The notes beneath the pieces were generated by a model. The model was not told the origin of the DNA and did no database searches. It saw only the letters and a list, made by a program, of their open reading frames with translations. From positions 1,664,001 to 1,728,000 of the forward strand of contig OZ244922.1 of assembly GCA_965221905.1 (NCBI GenBank): a stretch of 64,000 nucleotides of DNA, read 5' to 3'. Shown here piece by piece: positions 10,476 through 21,077 of the stretch. The number at the start of each line of letters is the position of its first letter. Position 1 is the first letter of the stretch. The translations under genes and the position numbers were made by a program. The stretch is from Chloroflexota bacterium (GTDB taxonomy: Bacteria > Chloroflexota > UBA11872 > VXOZ01).

Positions 10476-12246
10476 GCTGTGCCACTCCCTCTCTTATCTT
10501 ATCCAGGAGCCAGTCGACGCGGAACGGCATGCCGCCGAAAATGTTGATCCGCACGTATTCGCGTGGGAACCGGCTCGTGATCATGTTGGCAAACTGACCG
10601 CTATAGTTGACTTCGGGTAGGAATATGATTCGTTTGCTTTCTATGAATGGGCGCAATTGCTCGTCCGGCAGCGGCATTAGCATTCTTGGCGCTAACATAT
10701 CGAGCTTCAAGCCATCCAGTGCGGCGCGGTCAATTGCTTCAATAACGGAGCCTACAGTGGAGCCCCAGGTGAGAATGCCGATCTCAGCGGTAGGATCGCC
10801 ATAGCGGTCCGCTTCCGGGGCTTCCAGGGCGGCGCGCTCCAGCTTGCGGAAGCGCTTCTTGGTCATGATAGTGTGCGTGGCCTCGTCATACCGGTGGAGA
10901 CCTTCTTCGTTGTGCTCAAGCCCGGTGGCAATGTATTGCCCACCCGCTTGACCTGGGATTGCCATGGGGGAAACGCCGTTCTCCGTGAGCACGTAACGAC
11001 TATACTCACCGTTTATGCTGCCGACCTCGTCACCGACGCCGACTTCGTCACCGACGCCGTTGCCGTTCTCCGAGAACAATAGACGGTCTACAACCTCGAC
11101 TTCGTTTAGGTCAGGGCGCGGAATGCTCTCTGAACGCACGTTGAGCAGCGTATCGCCAAGCAGGATAACCGGCGTTTGATACTTTTCCGCGAGATTGAAG
11201 GCGTTAACTGTTTGGTAGAAACAGTCTCTTACCGACGTGGGCGCAAGCACGATGCGCGGACACTCACCATGGCCGGCGAAAGCGGCCGAATTGAGGTCTC
11301 CCTGTTCATGTCGAGTCGGCATGCCGGTAGAAGGACCTGCCCGCTGCGCGTCGACGATGACGCAGGGGAGCTCTGCCATCGCTGCGAGGCCGAGCATTTC
11401 AATCATCAGGCTGAATCCTGGCCCGGAGGTCGCGGTCATTGCCTTCGATCCCGCATACGAAGCGCCTAGCACCATGCCGATCGCCGCCAGTTCGTCCTCT
11501 GCCTGCAATGCGTGACCGCCCGTCTTTGGAAGATGGATTTCCAGGAATTCTTTGATGTCGCTGGCAGGCGTAATCGGATAACCCGCCATGAAGCCGCATC
11601 CGGCGGCAATAGCGCCAAGGCCGATCGCTTCGCTGCCGCTAACCATGATTTCGCCGGAATGGGATTTTTCCGGGTAGAGGGCAAAGTTTTCCCGCTGTGG
11701 GATGTGTTCAATGACATAGTCGATGCCGGCCCGGAGCGCATCCAGGTTCTTTTGCACAACCGCTTCGCCTTTACGCAACCACTTCTCCTCGATGAGAGAA
11801 TCAAGGTGTTTTGTCGGCAAGCCAAAGAGCTCCGCCAGCGCGCCAACCGCCACAACATTCTTAGCAATGGGGAACTTAAGTTGGTTCTTCGCTATGTCGT
11901 TGAGCGGAAACTCCACGTGTGCAAAGTGACTGTCGACGGCCGGCGTGACCTCTGAAGGATCATAAACGAGCAAACCGTCGTCCTTGGTCTCGGCAGCGTT
12001 GCGGTCGTAAGCTTCTTGATTGAAGGCGAGCAGAATGTCAACGGAATCGCCTTTGCTGTAAGAGGGTTGGGCACTAAGTCTAATCTGGAAAAAGGCGTGC
12101 CCACCCTTGATCTCCGATGGCGGCTGGGAGTAGGTAAGTATGTGGAATCCACCCCGCAATGCCGCCTGGGTGAGCAATTGTCCTGTGGAGACAATGCCTT
12201 CGCCGGCCTCGCCGGCGACGCGAACGACTAGATCGTTTCTCGTCAT
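10468..12246 (-). CDS. korA: 2-oxoacid:ferredoxin oxidoreductase alpha subunit (gamma-alpha fusion)
   Basis: AGEAGEG, GYPITP, QAEDE, TSGPG, QRAGPSTG motifs; overlaps the korB start. Confidence 0.93.
   Translation of the reverse strand: MTRNDLVVRVAGEAGEGIVSTGQLLTQAALRGGFHILTYSQPPSEIKGGHAFFQIRLSAQPSYSKGDSVDILLAFNQEAYDRNAAETKDDGLLVYDPSEVTPAVDSHFAHVEFPLNDIAKNQLKFPIAKNVVAVGALAELFGLPTKHLDSLIEEKWLRKGEAVVQKNLDALRAGIDYVIEHIPQRENFALYPEKSHSGEIMVSGSEAIGLGAIAAGCGFMAGYPITPASDIKEFLEIHLPKTGGHALQAEDELAAIGMVLGASYAGSKAMTATSGPGFSLMIEMLGLAAMAELPCVIVDAQRAGPSTGMPTRHEQGDLNSAAFAGHGECPRIVLAPTSVRDCFYQTVNAFNLAEKYQTPVILLGDTLLNVRSESIPRPDLNEVEVVDRLLFSENGNGVGDEVGVGDEVGSINGEYSRYVLTENGVSPMAIPGQAGGQYIATGLEHNEEGLHRYDEATHTIMTKKRFRKLERAALEAPEADRYGDPTAEIGILTWGSTVGSVIEAIDRAALDGLKLDMLAPRMLMPLPDEQLRPFIESKRIIFLPEVNYSGQFANMITSRFPREYVRINIFGGMPFRVDWLLDKIREGVAQHV
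11020..11059. repeat. In-frame 18-bp tandem repeat inside korA (encodes GVGDEV x2)
   Basis: GCCGACCTCGTCACCGAC GCCGACTTCGTCACCGAC GCCG; permuted unit is 16/18 identical to the dnaE2 44069 unit. Confidence 0.7.
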
Positions 12247-12486
12247 AAGTCGTGTGCTTTACTTCCTGCGACTGTCCAGTGTTGCTCTACTAGCGCTGTG
12301 CTTGCCCGGGATATGCTTCTATAGGCGCTGTGCAGCAACGCAACGTTAGTATAGTGTATTCATCTCCAATTATATACCAGCGGGCGTATCAATACAGCAG
12401 CTACGAGGGTGGTAGCCGCTAATTACGCCAATATCGTGCCGGCCAATGTGAGTAGGTAATACGCGCTGTCAAGCAAGACGCGCGTG

Positions 12487-13809
12487 TTAGAGCGCAGCGA
12501 TTTCCTGCTGCAATTCAAGCGCCGCGCGCACGAGTTGCTCGCCGGAGCCGGGTAATACCCGGCTGGACGTCGGCTCGTAGGCGCCTTGCGGGTAGGACGC
12601 TTCAGTGCAGATGTATCCTAAGTTGCCGTTTGCAAGCTCTGCCAGCAGATTGTGTTCAAATGGCGAGTGCTCCTTGATGGATAGCCCAAGCTCGACGAAC
12701 ATCTCGCCGGGAAGCGCCGTAATCGCGACATTGCCAACTGCCATCACCTGGACTTCCGTATCGAATTGCTGCTTTTTCAACTCCTGAAGCGCCAGATCAC
12801 GGTGGGCGCGTACTAAGTCGTCCCGGCCGGGGCCGCCGCCCATGGGCGAGGCTGCCACTGCCTCTTGCGCCCAGGCTATGTCTGCCGCCGTCGGCACCAC
12901 GGCCGGCAACGCCTCGACGCGTTGGAGTGCATGTACGGTCTCACCTTTTACGGGCTCTAAATGTGACAGCGCCTGGGTAGCGCTTTCCGCCAACGCACGG
13001 CCAATGCGTTCGGACTCCTCAAAGCCCTTTAGTTGATCCGGATCGTTCACGTTGACGTGATTGATGTCACCGCAGAATCCATTGGCGTAGAGGAGCACCG
13101 TATCGTCCAGCTCAGGCGACATGTTCTTGAAGTGTTTTTCCATCCAACCGGAGTAGTCGGCGGAGATCTGGTCGCCGCCGGTCGTATCTGCGTGAAGGGA
13201 GTAATTTACGAGGACCCCAATGGGATCGCCCGCGCCTGATTCCGCGAGTAGCACGTAGACATCGGGATCGATGGGACCGACCGGTCCGATGATTTCCGGA
13301 TTGTTCTTGCCCGGATTGGTCTTCACACTGCCGTCGCGCATGTGGAAGCGCCGATTGAAAGCGATGCGGGCCTCATGTGATTTGCCGATGCGCAGCGTGC
13401 CGGGGGCCCGTGACTCCCATGCCTCCGTCACCGCCGCGGCAATCTGCGCTTCCAGAGTCGCCATGTACGACTCGCTCATGCTGCCAAAAGTCGCGGAACT
13501 GCGGTCGCCGCGCGTTATGGGCCCCGTGTGGGTGTGCGTACAGCAGACGAGCACGTTAGCGCCGGGAATGGCGGTAGCTTCCGCAATCTGCCGTCGCGCG
13601 TTGATCACACTCTCTTCACGAATGGAAACAAGATCGCACGTTACGAGTGCAATTACCGTACTGCCGTCTTCGATTACGAGCGCCCGCGCGTAAAGGTCAT
13701 CGTGCACGGCAATCGCCGGACGCACGTGGTAGTAACCGGCCATGTTGGTGCCCAAAGGCGGTGAAATGTTGCGCTGTGCTGCGCCAATTGAGAGTGCCAT
13801 CAGTCTCAT
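12487..13809 (-). CDS. Neutral/alkaline ceramidase-like metallo-hydrolase
   Basis: VHDDLYARAL, THTHTGP, NYSLHAD, ISADY, GFCGDIN, LPGEMF motifs. Confidence 0.8.
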   Translation of the reverse strand: MRLMALSIGAAQRNISPPLGTNMAGYYHVRPAIAVHDDLYARALVIEDGSTVIALVTCDLVSIREESVINARRQIAEATAIPGANVLVCCTHTHTGPITRGDRSSATFGSMSESYMATLEAQIAAAVTEAWESRAPGTLRIGKSHEARIAFNRRFHMRDGSVKTNPGKNNPEIIGPVGPIDPDVYVLLAESGAGDPIGVLVNYSLHADTTGGDQISADYSGWMEKHFKNMSPELDDTVLLYANGFCGDINHVNVNDPDQLKGFEESERIGRALAESATQALSHLEPVKGETVHALQRVEALPAVVPTAADIAWAQEAVAASPMGGGPGRDDLVRAHRDLALQELKKQQFDTEVQVMAVGNVAITALPGEMFVELGLSIKEHSPFEHNLLAELANGNLGYICTEASYPQGAYEPTSSRVLPGSGEQLVRAALELQQEIAAL

Positions 13810-13840
13810 ACCCTCCCGTTGCGTAGATACTCTTCCAGCA

Positions 13841-14713
13841 TTACCGCTCTATTCGCTCGGCCGCCAGCAGCGCCGCTTCGCGGGGGAAGTCCGCCACGTG
13901 CACGCCCGCGGCCTGAAGCGCCTCGATCTTCGACTCTGCCGTGCCAATCCCTCCGGAGACGATTGCCCCCGCATGTCCCATGCGCTTTTCCGGCGGTGCG
14001 GTGCGACCGGCAATGAAACCAACGACGGGCTTAGTCATGTGCGCTTTGATAAAGGCCGCGGCCTCCTCCTCATCGGTGCCGCCGATTTCGCCAATCATGA
14101 CGACCGCCTCAGTCTCCGGGTCTTCCTCGAACATGCGCAGGACGTCTATGAAACCGGTCCCAATCACCGGATCGCCGCCGATGCCGATAACAGTGGACTG
14201 TCCAACATTCTCGCCGGTGAGATGGGAAACTACCTCATACGTGAGCGTGCCGGAGCGGCTGACGACGCCGACAGGACCGGAGATGTGGATGTCGCCTGCC
14301 ATAATGCCCACTTTGGCTTTGCTAGGAGAGATCAGGCCGGGACAGTTCGGCCCCTGCAAGCGGGCGCCTCTAATATTTACATAATGATACACGCGCAGCA
14401 TGTCCTGGACGGGGATGTGCTCGCTGATACAGACCACGAAGGGAATGCCGGCATCCACGGCTTCGATGACGGCGTCCGGCGCAAAGGGGCCGGGCACGAA
14501 GATAATCGAGACGTTAGCTTCGGTCTCGCGCACCGCTTGGGCGACAGTGTTAAACACCGGCGCCCCGCAGGCTTCTTGTCCACCGCGTCCGGGGGTTACA
14601 CCGGCCACAACCTGCGTGCCGTATTGCACCATCTGCTCGGTATGAAACGTGCCTTCGCGGCCGGTGATGCCCTGCACGAGCAGGCGGGTGTTTTCATCGA
14701 CAAGTATGCTCAT
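13841..14713 (-). CDS. sucD: Succinyl-CoA synthetase alpha subunit
   Basis: [26 protein letters not shown] phospho-His motif. Confidence 0.97.
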   Translation of the reverse strand: MSILVDENTRLLVQGITGREGTFHTEQMVQYGTQVVAGVTPGRGGQEACGAPVFNTVAQAVRETEANVSIIFVPGPFAPDAVIEAVDAGIPFVVCISEHIPVQDMLRVYHYVNIRGARLQGPNCPGLISPSKAKVGIMAGDIHISGPVGVVSRSGTLTYEVVSHLTGENVGQSTVIGIGGDPVIGTGFIDVLRMFEEDPETEAVVMIGEIGGTDEEEAAAFIKAHMTKPVVGFIAGRTAPPEKRMGHAGAIVSGGIGTAESKIEALQAAGVHVADFPREAALLAAERIER

Positions 14714-15861
14714 GAGCTCGTCGCCTTTGGCGCAGCCGCCACTCTCACTACTTCCTGCGCAGCGGCATGCATGGTGTCGGCGGCCACGAGACCGGCCTCT
14801 TGCAAGATCGCGCGTCCCTCTTCCTGGTTGGTGCCGACCAAACGCACTACCATCGGCACCTGGCGGGAGAGCGACGGCAAGGCACTGACAATGCCCCGAG
14901 CGACTTCGTCACACCGGGTGATGCCGCCAAATATGTTGAAGAGGATTGCCGTTACGTTCTCGTCATCCAGGATGATATGCAGGGCGTTTTCAACACTCTC
15001 CGCGCGGGCCCCGCCGCCAATATCGAGAAAATTGGCCGGACTCCCGCCGCTCAGTTTGATGGTATCCATGGTCGCCATGGCGAGGCCGGCGCCGTTGACG
15101 ACACAGCCGATGGTGCCGTCGAGCTTCACAAACGATAGCCCCGCTTCGCGCGCCGCGCGTTCGGCGGGCTCTTCCTCATCATGGTCGCGCAGTTCTGCCA
15201 GGGCCTTGTGGCGGAAGAGGGCGTTGTCGTCCAGGTTGATCTTGGCGTCGATGCACTGCAACTCGCCGTCCTCAGTAATGACCAGCGGGTTGATCTCGAC
15301 CAACTCGCCGTCGTTCTCGGTGAGCGCCTGCACGAGCGTGCGCACGATGCGCGCGAAATCTCTGCTCAGGTCGGAAGGTATGCCAATCGCAAAGGCCAGT
15401 TGGCGGCCTTGATAGTCGGCGTACCCCGCGAGCGGATGCACGTGAATGCGATGAATCTTCTCCGGTGTCTCGCGGGCGACTTCCTCGATCTCCACGCCGC
15501 CCTCGGCGCTGGCCATGATGGTGATGGCCTTCGTCGTGCGGTCGAGGATGACGCCGAGATAAATCTCGGAGGCGATGTCTACCGCCTGAGCGACTAATAC
15601 CCGCTGCACGGTGATGCCTTTGATGTCCATGCCCAGAATTGCCGCCGCCTTTGCGGCAGCCTCGTCCGGCGTTTCGGCGAGCTTTACACCGCCGGCCTTG
15701 CCGCGCCCGCCAACGAGCACTTGCGCTTTTACAACCACGGTGCCGCCAATCCGGGCCGCCGCCTCCCGCGCCTGATCCGGCGAGGTTACGACGTGACCGG
15801 GCGGAATGGGCAAACCATACCGCGCCAAGATGTCTTTCGCTTGATATTCGTGAATTTTCAT
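14710..15861 (-). CDS. sucC: Succinyl-CoA synthetase beta subunit
   Basis: [38 protein letters not shown]. Confidence 0.97.
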   Translation of the reverse strand: MKIHEYQAKDILARYGLPIPPGHVVTSPDQAREAAARIGGTVVVKAQVLVGGRGKAGGVKLAETPDEAAAKAAAILGMDIKGITVQRVLVAQAVDIASEIYLGVILDRTTKAITIMASAEGGVEIEEVARETPEKIHRIHVHPLAGYADYQGRQLAFAIGIPSDLSRDFARIVRTLVQALTENDGELVEINPLVITEDGELQCIDAKINLDDNALFRHKALAELRDHDEEEPAERAAREAGLSFVKLDGTIGCVVNGAGLAMATMDTIKLSGGSPANFLDIGGGARAESVENALHIILDDENVTAILFNIFGGITRCDEVARGIVSALPSLSRQVPMVVRLVGTNQEEGRAILQEAGLVAADTMHAAAQEVVRVAAAPKATSS

Positions 15862-16146
15862 AAAATAAGAACCGTACCTTGACCAATCCAGAGAATTGCC
15901 AGCATCAGGATACCGGAAAGTCCAGCCGTATGTCGAATGAGAATTGCTGCCGGATGAAGTGGAGAACGCGAACTACCCAGTTGGCCCCCAATCTGACTCA
16001 ATCCGCAGTCCAGAGGGTTGTGCTAGAAAATTCTTGCTACGACAAGTCTGAGGGCAGGACAATTGTAGTTGTTCTCGCTAGTGATGGAGAAAGCAAAACG
16101 ACCGTGGAAAGATTGGCAAAGGAACTGAATGCATGAATCGGCGCGC

Positions 16147-19100
16147 TCAATCCTCGACTCCCTTCCTGGCCCGTAGCTCCCTGAGACTGTGCTTCGTATC
16201 CTCAGGGATACTCGCTTCAAGGAGGATACCGGTCAGTTCCTGTGCTTGCCGCCAAGCTCCTTGCAAATCGAACTTTTCCAAATGTAGCACCAACTGTGCG
16301 ACCGCTTTCGGATAACGCTGTGGCAGATTGCTTTCCGCGAGATCATGTATCACCAAGCTATTTTGCAAAGGGAATGTGTCCATTCTTGCGGCTAGCGCGA
16401 CGGCCTCGGGGAATACGGCTGGCAGGTGCGCCGGCCAGCGCAGCATCTGCGCGATTTCTTTCTGGGTGAGAGCGACTGGGGTTCCCTGCAAACGCCTTAC
16501 CCAGTATTCCTTGAGCCAACGCTGCCACCACTCCTGTTGCGTCGATTCATCCATCTCACGCAAGAATTCTTCATAGAGGTTCGACGTGAACACTTCTCCA
16601 ATGTCCTCACGTCCATATTTGAAGAGCTTGGAAATCCAAGTGTCGAGAGGGTCTTCGACAAAGTACGCGATCATGTAGATATAGCGCATGATGAACTGGT
16701 CGCGCAGATAAGCGTTCGTGGAGCTACACCATTCAACTGCCTCAAGGAAGGCATCTTCCAAGAGTTCCCCCACAGAAGGATTGAGGTCGACGCGCGCTAA
16801 ACCTTCTCGCGCTACTTCCCACTCATCACTTCCGGGGTCAAAGAATGGGAGCACTATCTCCCGTGTCCATGCTTCATCGGCCGCCAATAGGAAAGCGAAC
16901 TCTTTGATGAAGACTGAGCGGCTCAGCTTGCCGGGCAACGTGGGGTCCTGCACCATTGCTTTCAAGGCCGCGCGATACTCATCGTTCATGGCCCTGGGTG
17001 CGGGGTCTTGCGCATCGCGCCACACCGAGAGTCCACACAGCCAAAAGAGCGCCAACTTCCCCGCTGTGTGGCTCATCGCTCTCTTTAACCAATCGACATC
17101 TTCCTCAGCCGTCTCGTTGCGACCGAGTTCCTGCGATAGGGCGACGGCAATTCTGTTGGCCTGCGGGAGCAGGTTCAGCGCGTAGGGCTTTCCTCCACTT
17201 ATCACCAAGGAGATCAACACCTCGGCAATCTTGCGAGCATGTTCAGGGCACAGTTCGGTCCTACCAAGCCAGGGAAGTACCTTGCGGTACTCGTCCTCAC
17301 TCAATTCCATGGCCGACCAAGCGCTGAACAAGGCGGACCAGGGGTAGTCTTCCCATTTTCCAGCCTCGGCTAATGCGTCGGCCAGCGCAAGACCCCACTC
17401 GAAGCATCTTACCGCCGCCAAGGTGATGTTGCGCTCCCGCCCAAAGCGCGCATGTGGGCGATCCATAGGTTGAAACGACAACAATTCATCCACCCAGGCG
17501 GCAGCCGGCCCCGCCAGCAATTCTTCGACCGTGGGGCGTATTTCAGGAAGTGGACTCCGCCACGTCAGGAAGTCCGGGAGTTCTCGCGGTTCGTAGCCTG
17601 GGATAAGCTTCTGCGCGTCATCACGCGCTTGCTTCGCTAGTGGGCAGTCTGGATCACTCTCATGCAGCCAACGACACCAGTTGAGGTGATGCCACGCGGT
17701 AAGCTGTATATCACTCAATCTAGACTCTGTTTCGCCCACCCAGCGGTATTCATGGACTGCCACAATGAGCGCTTTTCGGTACTCCTGATCGGCTTTGGGA
17801 TAGGCTTGCTCCGCTAGTCGAAATACCTCGTGGTGAAACTTCGAATCGTGTATGTCTAGGTTGGTCAGTAGCCAGGTGATCTTGTCGTTTGCTGTCACTG
17901 CATTCTCTGTGAAGACGGTATGTATAGCAAGGCGTCTCAAGAGCGGTACCTCAGAAGCGGCAAGTTGATCACGCCACGAGGCCGCCGCTTGCGCTTGATT
18001 CTCCACGAGCCACTCAAGGCAGTCCCGCGCCACGTCAATTAAGATGTTCGGCGTGTCGTAGCCGCTGTTCTGTCCATGAGATTCGATAGCCGGGCGGCTT
18101 TCTTCATGCCCCCAGGGACGTAGCATGCAATGACGTTCTTCCAAGCGCTTGACTGCTCGCGTTAGTAGGGGTTCCGCAATCTCACTCAAATTCGGCTTGA
18201 GGCTTTGCTCCCACAGGTCCCGAAGAGCATATGTGGCGCCAATCATTGGCAAACCTGCGCGAATTGGGATTTCCTCATCGTCGTCCAAAGGGAAGTCCGA
18301 CTTGAGACTTAGCCGGCTCACCGTCATCGCGTCGAAGATCTGCAACAGACTAGCGTAGTCGCTATGACTGATGCAACGCATGCCAAGTTCTGCAAGCACA
18401 TAATGTTCGTGGCTTCTAGCTGTGGTAAGAGTGCCAAGCAGAACGGAAACCCACCGAGACAAGAGCTCTGGGTCTAGCTTCGCTTCGTCGAATTGTCCGA
18501 GTTGCCATCCCAAGCGATGCCACAGATCCGGGTGCAAGCGCATGCCGTGCCGGCCGAATAATAAGAACAACTCGTCGGCAGAACTGCACGCGAACCGTTC
18601 GGCCAACCACTGGATTAAGTGTCTATCCGTATTGCTGAGGTCACCCTCGCCAAAGAGCGCGTCCAGGTGCTTGCGCTTATCGAGCCAATCGATCCATTCA
18701 GGTGATGAAGCATGCTCGGTAAAGAATCTCGTCTTGACTTCGTCTCTCAATGTTTCTTGGATTCTGTCCGCGTCTTCCTTATTGACAGGAGGCGGCCTTT
18801 GCGCGATCTCTCTTATCAATTTCCTCCAATCCAAAACTCCGCGGCGAACGTAGTCTGCCAGGCGTTTGACCCCTTCATCAAGCGCGCTGTAGTCTTCTCC
18901 ACTTGGCTTCTGATAGATGATTGGTTTGATTCCCCGGGCTTCCCAAAGCTGCGTTTCATTGTCGTCAGAACCAATTAGGGCAAAGCGCTTCGCCTCTGTT
19001 TCCGGCAGGGCGCGCGCCAAGTAGTGCATGTCTGTGTCACTATGGCTATAGCCTACGAAGAGGACTGTGTATTGGCGGAAGAGGGAGACGAGAAAGCGGC

Positions 19101-19641
19101 GTGCCCAACCTTCGGTCAGATACGCCCTGCCAAAATCTTTGTCAGTGAGCACCATTTCGTGGGGACGGCTGACCGCGCCGTGCACATGGACGATGCCGCT
19201 GAAGTTGTGGCCCAAGGGCAACGCGGGCGCGTGAAACACCTCGGGTTTTGTGTCAAACAAAAGCTCAGTGTCTGCCACCTGCTCGAACAATTCGTCGAAG
19301 TTGGTAGTTACGAAACGAACGCCCTTATCCCGAGTAAAGAGCCGCAAGAGATTGAAATGAAGGCCGGTTGCCATTAGGCCCTCTCGCGAAAGGGCTTTGG
19401 CGGCAAGGGCATGTACATCCGTCCCATTCTCGTGCCGGAGTCGGCCCAGGAAGCGATCTTCGGTTTCGCCCTTTTGCGATTCAACGCCAGTCCCACTTGC
19501 GATCTCGCAAGCCAACTGTTTGAAATCTGGTAGGCGAGCCGGTTCCCCCTTAGAGACACCTGCTCCAGCGAAGACAACAAGCGTGTTGTCCCGTAAGGCA
19601 TCCATTACTTCTCGAGGGAAATCCATGTCTGCAATTCTCAT
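16147..19641 (-). CDS. Large SIR2-domain protein with long helical C-terminus (Dsr1-like defence-associated sirtuin)
   Basis: VFAGAGVS, VTTNFD, VHVHG, LFVGYSHSD sirtuin motifs followed by about 900 aa of Trp-rich helical sequence. Confidence 0.8.
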   Translation of the reverse strand: MRIADMDFPREVMDALRDNTLVVFAGAGVSKGEPARLPDFKQLACEIASGTGVESQKGETEDRFLGRLRHENGTDVHALAAKALSREGLMATGLHFNLLRLFTRDKGVRFVTTNFDELFEQVADTELLFDTKPEVFHAPALPLGHNFSGIVHVHGAVSRPHEMVLTDKDFGRAYLTEGWARRFLVSLFRQYTVLFVGYSHSDTDMHYLARALPETEAKRFALIGSDDNETQLWEARGIKPIIYQKPSGEDYSALDEGVKRLADYVRRGVLDWRKLIREIAQRPPPVNKEDADRIQETLRDEVKTRFFTEHASSPEWIDWLDKRKHLDALFGEGDLSNTDRHLIQWLAERFACSSADELFLLFGRHGMRLHPDLWHRLGWQLGQFDEAKLDPELLSRWVSVLLGTLTTARSHEHYVLAELGMRCISHSDYASLLQIFDAMTVSRLSLKSDFPLDDDEEIPIRAGLPMIGATYALRDLWEQSLKPNLSEIAEPLLTRAVKRLEERHCMLRPWGHEESRPAIESHGQNSGYDTPNILIDVARDCLEWLVENQAQAAASWRDQLAASEVPLLRRLAIHTVFTENAVTANDKITWLLTNLDIHDSKFHHEVFRLAEQAYPKADQEYRKALIVAVHEYRWVGETESRLSDIQLTAWHHLNWCRWLHESDPDCPLAKQARDDAQKLIPGYEPRELPDFLTWRSPLPEIRPTVEELLAGPAAAWVDELLSFQPMDRPHARFGRERNITLAAVRCFEWGLALADALAEAGKWEDYPWSALFSAWSAMELSEDEYRKVLPWLGRTELCPEHARKIAEVLISLVISGGKPYALNLLPQANRIAVALSQELGRNETAEEDVDWLKRAMSHTAGKLALFWLCGLSVWRDAQDPAPRAMNDEYRAALKAMVQDPTLPGKLSRSVFIKEFAFLLAADEAWTREIVLPFFDPGSDEWEVAREGLARVDLNPSVGELLEDAFLEAVEWCSSTNAYLRDQFIMRYIYMIAYFVEDPLDTWISKLFKYGREDIGEVFTSNLYEEFLREMDESTQQEWWQRWLKEYWVRRLQGTPVALTQKEIAQMLRWPAHLPAVFPEAVALAARMDTFPLQNSLVIHDLAESNLPQRYPKAVAQLVLHLEKFDLQGAWRQAQELTGILLEASIPEDTKHSLRELRARKGVED

Positions 19642-19824
19642 CTGTGAAGTGTCTTATGCATCCAGTAGCCACACCTGAGTCTCTACACCTATCATTATAC
19701 TTTGCAGACTTGCGTGGGTTGACTGCGGACTTGATTCGCATTGCAATGCTAGTAGATGCTTGGAGTCTGTCTAAGGAATTTAGGCACAGCTTTAGAAGCA
19801 ATACCTTGTAAAGGAGACTGGAGA

Positions 19825-20784
19825 ATGCAATACCGTACGTTGGGTAGGACGGGTATACGCATCTCGGAGGTGGGGCTGGGGACGTGGGGGATGGGCGGCG
19901 ACCGTTATGGGAGGGTGGACGATGGGGAGTCGCGGCGGGCGATTCTGCGGGCGCTGGAGCTTGGCATCAACCACATCGATACCGCACCCTTATACGGAAA
20001 TGGCCGTTGTGAAGAGGTAATTGGCGAAGCCATTGCGGGACGGCGGCACGAGGTGGTGCTGGCGACGAAGGTGGGCATGTTTCCCGGCGGACGTCAGAAC
20101 TTCGACTATTCGGGCGTCGCGGTCATGCGCGAGGTCGAGCAGAGCCTGCGCCGCCTGCGCACCGACTATCTCGACATCTACTTTCTCCATAGTCCTGATG
20201 AAGACCTGTACCGCGACGACGGGTTGGAGGCGCTCGTCCGCTTGAAGGAGCAGGGCAAGATTCGGGCCACCGGATTCTCCGTAATGTCGGTGGACGAGGG
20301 CATTCCGCTGGCGATGCGTCTCATCGAGCAGGGGCACGTGGACGTCATTCAGCAAGCTTTCCGTCTGCTGTACACGCTGCCCGCCCAGGAGCTCTTCCCG
20401 CTGGCGCAGGCGCATGACGTGGGCGTGGTCGCGCGTGAGAACTTCTACTTTGGGTTCCTTACCGGAGCGATAACGCGGCAAACGGTCTTCGACGACCGTG
20501 ACGATCGGCGCAAGTTCTCGCCGGCCTTCATCGACGCCGTGCTCGCGCGCGTCAAGAAGCTGCGCTTCCTCACGCAAGGGAGAACGATGCCGCAAGCGGC
20601 GCTGCAGTTCGTGCTGGCCACGCCGGGTGTGCACGGCGTGATCCCCGGGGCAATGACCGTACGCGAGGTGGAAGAGAACGTGCGGGCATCAGGCGGCCAT
20701 CCAATTACCACCGAGGAGATGGCGCAGATCATGACCTTGGAAGCGCGCGACTACGACCTGCCGCCGATACCACCGCCGGTGTGA
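19825..20784 (+). CDS. Aldo/keto reductase
   Basis: YRTLGRTG, IDTAPLYG, VLATK, SLRRLRTDYLDIYFLH, VIPGA; start at MQYRT with RBS GGAG. Confidence 0.93.
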   Translation: MQYRTLGRTGIRISEVGLGTWGMGGDRYGRVDDGESRRAILRALELGINHIDTAPLYGNGRCEEVIGEAIAGRRHEVVLATKVGMFPGGRQNFDYSGVAVMREVEQSLRRLRTDYLDIYFLHSPDEDLYRDDGLEALVRLKEQGKIRATGFSVMSVDEGIPLAMRLIEQGHVDVIQQAFRLLYTLPAQELFPLAQAHDVGVVARENFYFGFLTGAITRQTVFDDRDDRRKFSPAFIDAVLARVKKLRFLTQGRTMPQAALQFVLATPGVHGVIPGAMTVREVEENVRASGGHPITTEEMAQIMTLEARDYDLPPIPPPV

Positions 20785-20878
20785 GAGGGTGTGTACTTGA
20801 GTGAGATAGTGTTTACCTGTGTGACAGTGTGTACCTGTGTGAGAGTGTGTGCTTGAGTGAGATAAGGTGTACTTGAGT
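20779..20878. repeat. Degenerate 18-20 bp tandem repeat (about 5 copies)
   Basis: Units approximating GTGAGA(TA)GTGTGTAC(C/T)TG immediately after the AKR stop codon. Confidence 0.6.
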
Positions 20879-20887
20879 TTTCCAAGT

Positions 20888-21077
20888 CCGTTCGTGGTGA
20901 GCGTGCCGAATCACTATTGGCCCTTCGACAGGCTCAGGACGAACGGATGGAGAGGCCTTCTACAGCGTCAGGGCGAACGGATGGTGGCGCTCAGCATCGT
21001 TCAGGCATGCATGTTCAGCATCGCTCTTGCATGCGCGTTCAGCTATTGGCCCTTCGACAGGCTCAGGGCGAACGGAT
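20888..21077. repeat. REP-like cluster, family B (CCCTTCGACAGGCTCAGG.CGAACGG and inverse)
   Basis: Two full copies, one degenerate copy and one inverted arm; same family at 27729-27883, 39239-39390 and 51404-51510. Confidence 0.75.

Noticed and set aside
13742-15412. 556-aa plus-strand ORF and similar long antisense ORFs
   Set aside because: Shadow frames opposite well-conserved genes (sucCD), as expected in GC-rich DNA.
15879-16136. 85-aa ORF between sucC and the SIR2 gene
   Set aside because: No RBS or recognisable motif and it overlaps the likely sucC promoter region; at most a gene remnant.
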